Positions 47,923-58,436 of a stretch of DNA of 64,000 bases are shown here, in pieces. Location: contig OZ241362.1 in assembly GCA_965200315.1 (NCBI GenBank), positions 2,624,001-2,688,000 of the forward strand, written 5' to 3'. The notes under the pieces were generated by a model that did not search any database, had not been told where the DNA came from, and saw nothing but the letters and a program-made list of their open reading frames with translations. The stretch is from Candidatus Latescibacterota bacterium (GTDB taxonomy: Bacteria > Latescibacterota > UBA2968 > UBA8231). Position 1 is the first letter of the stretch, and the number at the start of each line of letters is the position of its first letter. The position numbers and the translations under genes were made by a program.

Positions 47923-49059
47923 CTATATAGCCTCCTCCCCTTCCTGCCGCCAAGCCTCATAGGGATTCTCCCGATTCGCCAACGGCAAGGACACCCGCGT
48001 GCCCAAGCGCTGCGACTCGTGTACCGCCATGATCATCTCCAAAGCCGCTCGCCCGTCCTCGCCGCTGGAGCAAGCCCGCACCGGGCGATCCTCCTCCATG
48101 GCTTGGATCAATTCCCGCACAATGATCAGATTGCTCTGGTGAGTGCGCTCGCCCGCCGAGTACTGCTCCCACTCGTCCAACAGCACCCGTTCCCAAGTGC
48201 CGTTTTCCGCGCCGGGGATCCACAAACCTTGGCGGTAGATATACATCTCGCCGTTGGGCGAGTTGCGCAGGGCGATGATGCCCTCACTGCCGTGCGCTTC
48301 AAAACCGAACCACCGGCTGTTGGACCCTTTTGGATAGCCCGGTTGCGACTCAAAATGCGCGGTCACCCCATTCTCAAAAACGTAGTACGCCGCCACCCCA
48401 TTGCCGGCGATCAAGCCGATGCGCTCGGGCCCTTCCCGCACATCGGCCAAAGTCACCTCGCGCCCATCCTGCGTGACGTGCCCATGAGCCCAAGCCACCT
48501 CGGCCCCGGCGAAGTAGCGCATACTGTCCATCATGTGCGTACCCAAGACCATCAGATCCTGAGAGCCGGCCCGATGGTCGGACTTGCCGTGGCTGCGCAG
48601 CACTTGTAGCTGGCCGATAACGCCCTCGTCAACTAGCTTTTTGCCGTACTGCTCGTAGGGATTGGCGCGCCGGTGTGCCACTGCGGTCTTGACGCCGTGC
48701 TCCTGACAGGCCGCCAACAGGGCGTCGGCTTCGCGCAGAGAGGGCGTCAGCGGCTTCTCGATAAACACGCCGCGCACCCCGGCCTCGGCACAGGCGATGA
48801 CCATGTCGGCGTGGCAGTCGGGCATCCGCGGACAGACGCTGACTATGTCCAAGTCCTCGTCGGCGAGCATCTGGCGATAATCGGCGTAGAGCCGCTGGGC
48901 ACCCGTGCGTTGGCCGGCTGCGGCGCTGCCCTCGGGGTCGGGGTCGGCTAATGAGACTAAATCCACTTGCTCCAAGCCCCGGTAAACGGTTTCCAAGCCG
49001 TGGCCGTAGCCGCCGGCACCCGTGCGCCCGATGACTCCGGCTTTGTAGCGCTTACTCAT
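47923..49059 (-). CDS. Gfo/Idh/MocA family oxidoreductase
   Basis: YADYRQML, DIVSVC, VFIEKP, GTHMMD; SD GAGGAG before ATG 49059. Confidence 0.9.
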   Translation of the reverse strand: MSKRYKAGVIGRTGAGGYGHGLETVYRGLEQVDLVSLADPDPEGSAAAGQRTGAQRLYADYRQMLADEDLDIVSVCPRMPDCHADMVIACAEAGVRGVFIEKPLTPSLREADALLAACQEHGVKTAVAHRRANPYEQYGKKLVDEGVIGQLQVLRSHGKSDHRAGSQDLMVLGTHMMDSMRYFAGAEVAWAHGHVTQDGREVTLADVREGPERIGLIAGNGVAAYYVFENGVTAHFESQPGYPKGSNSRWFGFEAHGSEGIIALRNSPNGEMYIYRQGLWIPGAENGTWERVLLDEWEQYSAGERTHQSNLIIVRELIQAMEEDRPVRACSSGEDGRAALEMIMAVHESQRLGTRVSLPLANRENPYEAWRQEGEEAI

Positions 49060-49084
49060 AATTCGCACTCCTCGTCGCTTAGTT

Positions 49085-50038
49085 TCATTGAACTACCAAG
49101 ATTACAGCTAGTACGCCCACGCTCACGCCCCAAACGGCCGCCCGGCTGATTGGCTCTTTCCACAACAGCGGTGCCGTCACATTGTCCAAAATGACGACGC
49201 CGCAGCCCACGAGGGGAAAAAATACCGTACCCGGCACGTGCTTGAGCGCTATTAGAACGGCCATTAAGGCCAGCAGATTGTACACCCCGATACCGGCCCC
49301 CACCGCCAGATCGGAGCGCCGAATGCGCTGCCGCGCCTCCCACAGCAACACGGTGCCTCCAATGATCCCAGCGGTAAAGCCGATGACCATGAGCACTTGT
49401 AAATACGCATCGTCCAAGCCGGCGTAATGCACCCAGCGCAGACAGGAAGTACTCATCCCTTGGATACCAAAAACCAATATCAGCAGCCCCGTGGCGGCCC
49501 AGCGCGAAACCTCGGTCTGGTGCCCAGCGTGCCGCGACATCAGCAAAACGGCCACCAACGCCAAGCCCAAGCCCACTAGTTGGAGGCCGCCCAACGGTTC
49601 GTCCCACAGGAGTACGCCCAGCCCCACCGGCACGACGATGGCGAGGCGGAAGGCGGTCAGCACCGAAGCCACGCGAAAGGTCCGCAACAAGCGCGTCATC
49701 AACAGCATGGAGCTAATGAAGACGACGCCGGTGATCGCGCCAACCTTCACCGCCGCGACCGGTAAGTGCAATTGCCCGGTGAACCCCAGATAGAGCAGCA
49801 GCATGGAAGCTAGCACCCAATAGTTGGTCGCTACCACGGTCGGCTCGTAGCACCGGCGTTGCGTGGCCCATTTGAACAACTGCCCAAAGCCGAATTCCAG
49901 CAGCAGCGGCAGCACTAACCAGAGGGGCGGTGCCCCTTCCATACTCATCAGCCAGTCCCTCAAAAAATTGACATGCGCCCCAAACTCCACGACCACCCCA
50001 TCGCTGTCAAGCCACCCATCCATTGCCGTCCTCGACAA
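49085..50038 (-). CDS. DMT/EamA-family transporter (start uncertain)
   Basis: About 10 hydrophobic helices in two repeats ending LLWDEP and LLWKEP. Confidence 0.72.
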   Translation of the reverse strand: MSRTAMDGWLDSDGVVVEFGAHVNFLRDWLMSMEGAPPLWLVLPLLLEFGFGQLFKWATQRRCYEPTVVATNYWVLASMLLLYLGFTGQLHLPVAAVKVGAITGVVFISSMLLMTRLLRTFRVASVLTAFRLAIVVPVGLGVLLWDEPLGGLQLVGLGLALVAVLLMSRHAGHQTEVSRWAATGLLILVFGIQGMSTSCLRWVHYAGLDDAYLQVLMVIGFTAGIIGGTVLLWEARQRIRRSDLAVGAGIGVYNLLALMAVLIALKHVPGTVFFPLVGCGVVILDNVTAPLLWKEPISRAAVWGVSVGVLAVILVVQ

Positions 50039-50061
50039 AAGTCTATTCTATTATATAGCCG

Positions 50062-50883
50062 ATGACAGGGAGCCAGCTCATGCAGTTAGAACGACTGCTT
50101 CTACACCTAAAACTAGACGGCTGGTGCGTGGTCGAAGGCGTCATCCCAGCCGACCAGATTGAGCACGTGCGCCACAGCGTCGAGGCCACGGTCGCAGCGC
50201 ACCGCAATCCCGCCGCCCCACCCGGCATTGGCCATCTGCCGGGCATGATCAACTTCGACCAGTCCTTCGCGCCTTTTCTAGCCGATGAAGAGCTCCTCTC
50301 CTTGGTCGGCGCAATGGTAGGCCCGCATCCGCGCATCTCCTTCACCACCGGCACGATCAACTACCCGGGCAACGAGCGCGGCGGCTGGCACGCCGACTGG
50401 CCCTTCAACCAGAACAACGCCGGCCACATCCCTGCGCCGTATCCCGACGCGACGGTCCACTTGACCACCTTGTGGATGCTAGCCCCTTTTACCGAGGAAA
50501 ACGGCGGCACCCTCCTCGTCCCCGGCAGCCACCGATCCTCGAACAACCCCACCGGCGACAATGGCGTCGATCCCCTCGCCCCGTATCCCACGGAAGTAAA
50601 CGCCTGCGGCCCAGCCGGCAGCGTGCTCGTGCTCGACAGCCGCCTGTGGCACGCGACCGCGCCCAACCGCTCGCACCAACCCCGCACCTCGGTAGTGGTG
50701 CGCTACGCCCCTTGGTGGCTCAATGTCGAGGTCTTGCGCCCCGGCTCGGACGAGCGCCGCCGCCTATCCGAGGAAACCGGCATCAAGGAAAACGCCGTGC
50801 CGTCGCTGCCCGCCAGCGTTTTTGCCGCGCTACCCTCCCCAGTCCAGCCCTTGTTCCGCCACTCGGTCGCCCGCCCCGAATAG
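50062..50883 (+). CDS. PhyH family dioxygenase
   Basis: DGWCVVEGVI, WHADWP, FTEENGGT..VPGSH, DSRLWHA..N...R. Confidence 0.88.
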   Translation: MTGSQLMQLERLLLHLKLDGWCVVEGVIPADQIEHVRHSVEATVAAHRNPAAPPGIGHLPGMINFDQSFAPFLADEELLSLVGAMVGPHPRISFTTGTINYPGNERGGWHADWPFNQNNAGHIPAPYPDATVHLTTLWMLAPFTEENGGTLLVPGSHRSSNNPTGDNGVDPLAPYPTEVNACGPAGSVLVLDSRLWHATAPNRSHQPRTSVVVRYAPWWLNVEVLRPGSDERRRLSEETGIKENAVPSLPASVFAALPSPVQPLFRHSVARPE

Positions 50884-50947
50884 ATTCCGCACCGATTTCG
50901 TTGCTCATTGCGTCCGTAGGCCCCCCTCGTGGGTCTCAACGGACGAC

Positions 50948-50984
50948 TGTCCGAAAATGAACAGTGAGTGTTCAAAAGCGGACG
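50948..50984 (+). promoter_or_regulatory. Tandem enhancer sites for a sigma54 activator
   Basis: TGTCCGAAAATGAACA (50948-50963) and TGTTCAAAAGCGGACG (50969-50984), TGT-N10-ACA-type, 21 bp apart. Confidence 0.6.
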
Positions 50985-51038
50985 AAAATCTTCTGCACCA
51001 AAATCAATAAATCAAGCAAAAACAATAGTTTGTCGCTT

Positions 51039-51054
51039 TGGCACGGAATTTGTA
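51039..51054 (+). promoter_or_regulatory. sigma54 (-24/-12) promoter
   Basis: TGGCAC-GGAAT-TTGTA, 25 bp upstream of ATG 51080; SD GGAGG. Confidence 0.68.
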
Positions 51055-51079
51055 GTGAACAAGCGGAGGTATAAACCCC

Positions 51080-51750
51080 ATGGACGCTATGGACCGCCCC
51101 ATAGATCCCACCTTCCTGCGGCGTCAGCACAGCAAACGCATCGCCTATTCAGTGGCGGGATTGGCTGCGCTCCTCTGGCTCTCTGTTTGGTTGCCCAGTG
51201 GGATCAGGCCGGCGCTGGATTCCGACCGCATTCGCACCGCGCAGGTGCAATGGGGCGCGGTGGAAGCGACGATTACGGCTTCGGGCACGGTGGTACCCCA
51301 GTTCGAGCAGATCATCTTCAGCCCCGTCCATACGCGGCTCGTGCGCATTCTGCAAAAGCCGGGAGCCATGTTGCAGCAGGGACAGCCCATCGTCGAACTG
51401 GATTTGAACGCCGCGCAGCTCGATGTGGAGAAGCTGGCCGAAGAACTGGCCCTCAAACAGAATCGCCGACTCCAGCTCGAATTGGACAAACGCAAAAAGC
51501 TGAGCGATCTGCACACGCGCTGGCGGTTAAAAAACTTGGAATTTCAGCGTTTTAAGACCCGCAAGAACAGTGCGCTGAGATTGAATTGCAGCAACTCGAA
51601 GACGATCGCCGCAACCTCGTCGAATCCACCGAGGCCCAGTTGGAGGCTCTGCAATTGGAGATGAATATCCTCGAGCGCGAGGGCGAGGAGGCCCGTCGCC
51701 GCTTGGAGCGCGCCCACGTCCGGGCCGACAGAGACGGCGTACTCACCGCG
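51080..51750 (+). pseudogene. Efflux membrane-fusion (HlyD/MacA-like) protein, frameshifted and truncated
   Basis: MDRPI, GAVEATITASGTVVP, PGAML.QGQPIVEL; frame change ~51560; stops after VRADRDGVLT. Confidence 0.8.
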
Positions 51751-51811
51751 TTGACAGGAACTCAGCCGGGCGACCACGACCTCGGCCATTCCCCTGCCCC
51801 TGATTGAGCAC

Positions 51812-52590
51812 ATGGATTTTGCCTACCAACAGCAGTTCCGCGGCTTTGACGGAGGGGTGTGGTTGCCAGTTGATTATCGAGCTTCGATGGAGATAAAAAT
51901 CAGCATGGTGGGGCTGCACTTCCCCGCGATTAAATACGATGGGGTGACGCGGCTGAGTTATTACCAAGTCAATGTCGATATGCCCGACTCGCTCTACGCC
52001 AGCAAGAACGTTCTGCGGGTCGATTCGCTGGCCGTGGCCCAAGACAGTTCCTTTGCCCGGCTGGCCGACAAGGTGCCTCTATCGGCGCGGGAACAGGCCG
52101 CTTATGCGACTATCGACAGCACTGTACAGTTAGAAAAGGCCTTCCAGCCGACGGGGTTTCTCGCCCGTCTATTGGTAGGGGAGGAAGCGGAGCAGCCAGA
52201 GGAAGCGACAGAGGAGCGAACGGAGTCGTCGAGCTGGTTGGGACCGATCGGACTGAAGCCCGCTTGGCGCTACGACCGGGTGGGGTGCATCTGGGGCTGG
52301 GAGGGAACCGGGGGTTGTTCGGCGGCCTAGAGGCTGGTGCCGCCGCTGGATACAACGTTGGTCTGAAACGCTGGTCTTACCGGGGCCGGGTCGGCTGGCA
52401 GCAGATCGGCGAGCCAAACTGGGGTACGGTCCGCGCTACGAGGAGAGTTTTCACTATGAGGTGGGGGTCTCGCTCATGCTGTATCACCTGCTGCGCCTCG
52501 ACTTCACCCGGCGCTTGGATCGGCCCGGCTGGAGCATGGGTTTAAGCTTGGTGCGTTTTGATTTTGGGGGCACTGCTACTGTAAGGTAAT
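51812..52590 (+). pseudogene. Internal fragments of an outer-membrane protein (DUF5686-like)
   Basis: YQQQF...VWLP...YQVN...VPLSARE..AY..IDS, RYDRVG; frameshift ~52280; no signal peptide or N-terminus. Confidence 0.5.
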
Positions 52591-52786
52591 GTAAGGAGGG
52601 CGTAATTTTGAAATTGCTGGCTTTGTCGAAAAGAGCGATACGCCATTGACGGAGATGGATTATCGGGCCATACAGGGAAAGGGGCACGATTATATCCAAG
52701 GCTTTCGAGAAGACTATCGAGAGTATATGCGCGAGAGGAGAAAAGCTGGTGTCGAGGAGGGCCGGCTTGGGGGAATTTGTATTTCA

Positions 52787-53723
52787 TGGACAAGAGCCTG
52801 ACGGCCTCGCCGTCGGACATCACAACTCTCGACTTCGACGACAAAGTAGCACTAGTCAATCCGAGTGCCAGCCGTTTGTTGAGGCTAGCCGAACGCTCGG
52901 TAGTAGGCCAGTCATTGGACGAGTCGGCGAGTCGCAGGTGTTGCCGGTGCAAGGGCAGCGGGTGCGCTGTCACAAGGCGCAGTTTTTGGACCAGGGATTT
53001 CTGCGCAGCTTTATCCTGATGGAGGAATTGACCGAGGAGCTGCGCTTGTCGGAGAAGGCGGCCTACGAGAAAGTCATCCGCCTGCTAGCACACGAGGTGA
53101 ACAATTCAACGGGAGCGGTCAGTTCCCTGCTGCACTCGTGTCTCAATTACAAGGGGCAATTGCGGGAAGCCGATCGCGGCGATTTTGAAAACGCCCTGCA
53201 AGTGGCTATTGACCGCATTGATCATCTCTGCGCCTTCATGCACAGCTTTGCCGAGGTGGTCAAACTGTCGGCACCGCACTTGCAGCCTGTAGATTTGGAA
53301 GCCCTGTTGCGCGACATCGCCTTGCTGATGCGCACCGAGTGCGAGCGCCGCAACATCGAGTGGGACTGGGATATTCAGGCGGACCTGAAACGCATCACCA
53401 TGGACGAAAACCAAATGGAACAGGCGTTTGTCAATATCCTCAAAAATGCGGTAGAGGCCATTGGCGCAGACGGCAGGATAAACATTCGCCTCGGCAAACT
53501 CCAAGACCGGCCCTTTGCCGTGGTCGAGGATACGGGTGCAGGAATCAACCCGGAAGTGACCGAGAGTCTATTTACGCCGTTTTTTAGCACCAAGGAAAAC
53601 CGGCGCGGCCTCGGCCTGACGTTGGTCCAAGAGATTTTGAGTCGGCACGGTTTTGCCTTTTCCCTCGAAAGCCCTCCCGCCGAGCCGCCCCGTTTTACCA
53701 TCCGCTTTTGCAACGCATCGTAG
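52787..53723 (+). pseudogene. PAS + HisKA + HATPase sensor kinase, 5'-truncated and frameshifted
   Basis: LDFDDKVALVNPSA then, in another frame, VIRLLAHEVNNS, NILKNAVEA, EDTGAGI, FTPFFSTK, GLGL. Confidence 0.8.
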
Positions 53724-53745
53724 AGAAAAGACGGCAGAGAAGGAT

Positions 53746-55038
53746 GTGATAGTGCGGTCGCCGGCCGGGACTTTTGGGTTCCTTCGTGGCAACATCCTCG
53801 TGCTTACCGCGTCGGGGAGCCTCGGCATGTTTTCTCGGGCCATGGTGTTTCCGTATGTTCCCCTCTACGTTTTGGCCCTTGGTGGCGAGCCAGAGCAAAT
53901 AGGGATCGTCTATGCCTTGGGGCCGCTCGGCGGACTGCTCGCGTTTCCGATCGCCGGCTATCTCGCCGACCACATGAACCGGGCTTGGCTGATCGCGGCG
54001 GCTGGCTATTTCTCTGCGGTCGCCGTGCTGGTAAACGCCGTGGCCCCGAGTTGGGAGTGGGTGGGCGCGGCGATGTTGCTGCGGGGGTTTGCCGTGTTCC
54101 ACTTCCCGGCCTCATCGGCGCTTGTCGCCGACTCTTTGCCTGCGGGGAACCGGGGCCGCGGAATGGCGACGATGACCGCCCTGACCGGGGGGTTGGCGTT
54201 GTTTGCGCCGTTTGTGGCTGGCGTGGCGATTGACGCTTGGGGTGTCGAGGAGGGGATGCGGCTCCTTTATTGGGTGATGGGCGCGGCCTACGCCGCGGGT
54301 GCGACGATCAACTTGATCTTCATCCGCGAGACCCGAAAGCCGCCAGCAGAAGCGGTCAGCGCCGCCAACCTCGGACAGACGTTGCGCCGTTCCTATACCG
54401 GCATCCCGGCACTGCTGAGCGGGTTCCCGCGCTCGCTACGGGCCGTGTCGGTGGTAATCATCCTGTGTTTTATCGCCAACGGATTGGCCAGCCCGTTCTG
54501 GGTGGTGTACGCCAAGACCCACATCGGGCTGACGGCTTCGCAGTGGGGGCTAATTTTGTTGGTGGAGTTCGGCCTGCGGAATCTGGCGACGATTCCAGCA
54601 GGGTTTCTCACAGACCGCTTTGGACGCACGCGGTTTATCATCGCCGCGTTGCTGGTCTCCGCGGCGACGCCGCTGTATCTGCTCGCTGACTCCTTTGGAT
54701 TCGTCCTAGCGATTCGGTGCGCCATCGGCGTGGCCGCCGCCTTTTTCAGCCCCGCGATGGGTGCCCTACTGGCCGACATCGTGCCCAGCGCCATTCGCGG
54801 TCGCGTGATGGCCGCTATCGGCCGCGGCTCCGTATCGATCGGCAGTTCCTCCGGCGGGACGGGCGGCCCTGGGACTGGATTCTTGACTACTCTGCCGCTG
54901 ATGGTCGCCGCTCTTTTTGGCGGAGTTCTCTATGCTTGGATCCCGGCGATCCCATTTCTTTGTGTATTTGGCCTGACCGTCGTCGCCTTGGGCGTGTCGG
55001 TTGCGTTCGTGCGGGATCCAAAGATGGCGGAGGAATAG
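53746..55038 (+). CDS. MFS transporter
   Basis: GYLADHMNR, GFLTDRFGR, RGRG motifs; 12 TM; probable GTG 53746. Confidence 0.88.
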   Translation: MIVRSPAGTFGFLRGNILVLTASGSLGMFSRAMVFPYVPLYVLALGGEPEQIGIVYALGPLGGLLAFPIAGYLADHMNRAWLIAAAGYFSAVAVLVNAVAPSWEWVGAAMLLRGFAVFHFPASSALVADSLPAGNRGRGMATMTALTGGLALFAPFVAGVAIDAWGVEEGMRLLYWVMGAAYAAGATINLIFIRETRKPPAEAVSAANLGQTLRRSYTGIPALLSGFPRSLRAVSVVIILCFIANGLASPFWVVYAKTHIGLTASQWGLILLVEFGLRNLATIPAGFLTDRFGRTRFIIAALLVSAATPLYLLADSFGFVLAIRCAIGVAAAFFSPAMGALLADIVPSAIRGRVMAAIGRGSVSIGSSSGGTGGPGTGFLTTLPLMVAALFGGVLYAWIPAIPFLCVFGLTVVALGVSVAFVRDPKMAEE

Positions 55039-55176
55039 CTGCTCTTGCAGTGAACGGATTTGCTCACTAAGAAAACGAACTCCTAATTAACTTTAAGCCA
55101 AATAGCGTTACCCTGTTTTTCTATGACTTGGATTCTTACTCACCGTGTGTGTACCCAGCAGGCGGGCTACGTGTTA

Positions 55177-55214
55177 AGCAACTCCCTGAATTTTAATAAA
55201 AAGGGAGCGTTGCT
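55177..55214 (+). promoter_or_regulatory. Hairpin sequestering the Shine-Dalgarno of the DUF1538 operon
   Basis: AGCAAC-TCCCT (55177-55187) pairs with AGGGAGCGTTGCT (55202-55214) with a 2-nt bulge, abutting ATG 55215. Confidence 0.5.
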
Positions 55215-55955
55215 ATGAGACTTTGGAATGTGTGCCTTGCAATATTGCGGCAGAGCGTCGATGCGTTGCGCGATTTGGCTCCCATCATCATCGTCATCGC
55301 GTTCTTCCAACTCGTGGTGTTGCAGCAGCCCTTTCCGAACTTAGGGCGCGTTGTCGTTGGCTTGGTCTGCGTGATCGCCGGTCTGACGCTCTTCATCCAA
55401 GGACTCGAAAGCGGTCTCTTTCCCCTCGGCGAGGCCATTGCGCAGGCCTTTGCACGCAAGGGGAGCGCGACTGCGCTGCTGGCCTTTGCCTTTTGCTTGG
55501 GTTTTGGCACCACGGTCGCGGAACCGGCCCTGATCGCCGTTGCTGCGGAGGCGGCCGAGGTTGCAGCGGAAGCCGGTGCCATTGCCGACGACGATGAGGT
55601 GCGCGCTGCGTACGCCTTTGAGTTGCGCATGGTGGTGGCGGTCTCGGTCGGCACGGCGATCGTGCTCGGGGTGCTGCGCATCCTCAAGGGCTGGCCGATC
55701 CACCGGCTGATCATCGGGGGCTACGTGCTGGTGACCGCAATGACTGCGTTTGCACCCGCAGAGATCATTGGTGTGGCCTACGATTCCGGCGGCGTCACCA
55801 CCAGCACGATCACAGTGCCGCTCGTCACCGCGTTGGGCGTTGGGCTCGCCACGTCAATCCGGGGGCGCAACCCAATGGTCGACGGCTTTGGGCTCATCGC
55901 GTTTGCTAGCCTGACGCCCATGATCTTTGTACTGGCCTATGGCATGGTGAACTGA
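55215..55955 (+). CDS. DUF1538 membrane protein
   Basis: [41 protein letters not shown]. Confidence 0.9.
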   Translation: MRLWNVCLAILRQSVDALRDLAPIIIVIAFFQLVVLQQPFPNLGRVVVGLVCVIAGLTLFIQGLESGLFPLGEAIAQAFARKGSATALLAFAFCLGFGTTVAEPALIAVAAEAAEVAAEAGAIADDDEVRAAYAFELRMVVAVSVGTAIVLGVLRILKGWPIHRLIIGGYVLVTAMTAFAPAEIIGVAYDSGGVTTSTITVPLVTALGVGLATSIRGRNPMVDGFGLIAFASLTPMIFVLAYGMVN

Positions 55956-55956
55956 G

Positions 55957-56769
55957 ATGGAATTTCTGCACACTATAGCCGCCACCGGGTTTTCCACCGC
56001 GCTCGATGTGATGCCTATTGTCGGCATCCTCGTTCTGTTCCAAGTTGCAGTGCTGCGCCGCAGCCTGCCGAACCTGCGCCGGATCGCGGCCGGGTTTGTC
56101 CTCGTCCTGTTGGGACTCACGCTCTTCCTCATTGGCTTGGAGGAGGCGCTCTTCCCCATCGGCGAGACCATGGCGCGCCAACTCACCGCGCCCCAGACCA
56201 TTGGGCAGGCGAATCTGGCCGACGGCGTCGACTGGTACGACTACCTGCTAGTCTACGCGTTTGCCGCGGCGATCGGCTTTGCGACGACGGTAGCTGAGCC
56301 CTCGCTCATTGCGGTCGCCCTCAAGGCCGAGGAGATCTCGGGCAACGCGATCGACGCTTGGGGCCTCAGAATCGCCGTGGCGCTCGGGGTGTCCGCGGGG
56401 GTGGCGCTGGGCTGCTTTCGCATTGTCACGGGTACGCCCCTGCCCTGGTACATCATTGCCGCATATTTAGTGGTGATCGCCCAGACCTTCCGGTCGAGCC
56501 GGACCATTGTGCCGCTCGCCTACGACAGCGGCGGCGTCACCACATCGACCGTCACCGTGCCAGTGGTCGCCGCGCTGGGCTTGGGGCTTGCTGCCACTGT
56601 TCCCGGGCGCAGCCCGCTAATCGACGGATTTGGCCTCATCGCGTTCGCCAGCGTCTTTCCCATCATGTCCGTTCTGGGCTATGCTATGGTGGTATCTTGG
56701 GTGGGTCGCCGGCGGAACGCCAACCATGCGGCCCCAGTACTGAGGCCGGACAGCTCCGAGGAGACTTGA
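55957..56769 (+). CDS. DUF1538 membrane protein (second)
   Basis: [41 protein letters not shown]. Confidence 0.9.
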   Translation: MEFLHTIAATGFSTALDVMPIVGILVLFQVAVLRRSLPNLRRIAAGFVLVLLGLTLFLIGLEEALFPIGETMARQLTAPQTIGQANLADGVDWYDYLLVYAFAAAIGFATTVAEPSLIAVALKAEEISGNAIDAWGLRIAVALGVSAGVALGCFRIVTGTPLPWYIIAAYLVVIAQTFRSSRTIVPLAYDSGGVTTSTVTVPVVAALGLGLAATVPGRSPLIDGFGLIAFASVFPIMSVLGYAMVVSWVGRRRNANHAAPVLRPDSSEET

Positions 56770-56772
56770 GCT

Positions 56773-57123
56773 ATGAAACTGAAGCTGATCGTCGCCTTGG
56801 TTAGCGACGACAAGACCGATACTGTAGTCGATGCTGCGCGCACTGGCGGGGCGACCGGCGCGACGATTATTACTGGTGTGCACGGCGAAGGGCTAAAGCC
56901 GCAGAAGACCTTTCTCGGCCTCGATCTGGCGGCCCGACGAGATGTCGTCCTGTTCTTGGTGGTCGAGACGCGGGCACGCGACATTTTGGAGCGCATCCGC
57001 GATGCCGGGCACTTTGAGGAAGAGCCCGGCGCTGGCATTGCCTTTCAGATCCCGATTGAGGACGCCGTCGGTCTCACCACCCAACTTCCCACCATCCTAG
57101 AAGAAGTGGACGACGAAATATGA
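56773..57123 (+). CDS. P-II-like signal transduction protein
   Basis: KLIVALV, AARTGGATGATII..GEG, PGAGIAFQIPIEDAVG. Confidence 0.85.
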   Translation: MKLKLIVALVSDDKTDTVVDAARTGGATGATIITGVHGEGLKPQKTFLGLDLAARRDVVLFLVVETRARDILERIRDAGHFEEEPGAGIAFQIPIEDAVGLTTQLPTILEEVDDEI

Positions 57124-57521
57124 GCGAGAAACGCACCATCCGGGTCGGAGACGTCATGGGCTCCAAACTCTACACTATCGACAGGCTTGCGACCGTGGCC
57201 GAGGCCATGGCACTCATGAAGCAGTACGCGGTCAGTTCGCTCGCCGTCGACCGGCGCGACGACGACGACGAGTTCGGCTTGCTCGTGGTCGCGGACATCG
57301 CACGCGAGGTGATCGCCCAAAATCGCGCACCCGAGCGCGTCAATGTGTACGAAATCATGTCAAAACCGGTGTTGACCTTGCCGTCGGCCATGCTCGCCCG
57401 CTACGCGGTGCGCTTGCTCGTGCGCTTTGAACTCTCCCGCGCCGTGGTCGTCGACTACGAGCGCCACCCACTCGGCATGGTGACTTTGCGCGATCTCGTC
57501 CTGAGCTACGTGGCGGAGTGA
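57120..57521 (+). CDS. CBS-domain pair protein
   Basis: VGDVM, TVAEA, VYEIMSKPV, GMVTLRD; ATGA overlap. Confidence 0.9.
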   Translation: MSEKRTIRVGDVMGSKLYTIDRLATVAEAMALMKQYAVSSLAVDRRDDDDEFGLLVVADIAREVIAQNRAPERVNVYEIMSKPVLTLPSAMLARYAVRLLVRFELSRAVVVDYERHPLGMVTLRDLVLSYVAE

Positions 57522-57875
57522 TGGGGCCGTCGGCCGCCATCCGCCCCACGAGCGCTGTCCGGCGCGGCCGGTAGCACTTTCAGTTCGATTTTCGAGTTCA
57601 CCACTGCAATAAGCTCCCCCGTCGAACAGGTCGGCCTAAACCGTTCGATATCCGCGTCGATTATCCCAAAGCCCAGTCGGGAATTGATGATAGCGCACAA
57701 AACCCACAATTCTAAGATGGGTTTCGCGTTTAATTATCAATAATCAGTCTGACGGACTGTTGTTGTCTGTCGAGAATTGCGATTCGCCGTCACAATCAGC
57801 CGATTGTGGTGTCCTATTGATGGGTACCCAAATGATCTACGACTACGACGAACTGGCCGCTCTGACCAAAGCGGC

Positions 57876-58436
57876 TCAAGATGGGGATGTGCGCGCCGGT
57901 ACGGTCAGCAAAACCCGCTTGCTCAGGTCTTTTCCGTAAGGTTTGGGCACGATCTGCATCGGCGCTTGGTTTTCGTCCACAGCTTCGGGGAAGTACCAAG
58001 TGCTGATCTGCCCGTAGCGCCGGTCGGATGTGGGTGGCAGGAGCGAATTGTTGCCATTGTCGATGTGCAGGCCCGGCTGCTCGGCTCCGGGGTCGGGGTA
58101 GCGCGCCCAGTTGTGGGCGTAGCGGAAGAAGATGTCCTCGGTGTCGAGCACCCGCTGGACGAATTCGATGAGGTCCCAGTCGAGGATGAATTCATTGAAG
58201 AGCATATCGGCGTAGGGAAAGTCGTCCCTTAAGAGCCGCTTTGCGGGTGGATCGGCGGCGATCACCTCCCAAGGGGGGAGCGTCTGGCGGATGCCCTCGG
58301 CGATCTGGGCCCGGCGTTCCTCTGGATAGAAATTTTTTACGACTACGAAGCCCTGTTCTACAAAAGTATAGAAATTTTTTACGACTACGAAGCCCTGTTC
58401 TACAAAAGTCTGGAAATGATCGTCTGTTAGTTTCAT
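57876..58436 (-). pseudogene. PhyH family dioxygenase, C-terminally truncated, with a 14-aa duplication
   Basis: LHID present, but ORF ends at LTVPAR before the distal His; N-terminal TFVEQGFVVVKNFY twice. Confidence 0.72.
58326..58409. repeat. 42-bp perfect tandem duplication
   Basis: ATAGAAATTTTTTACGACTACGAAGCCCTGTTCTACAAAAGT twice with no spacer. Confidence 0.95.

Noticed and set aside
58326-58409. 42-bp repeat as a CRISPR array
   Set aside because: Two abutting copies, no spacer, in frame within a gene, no cas genes.
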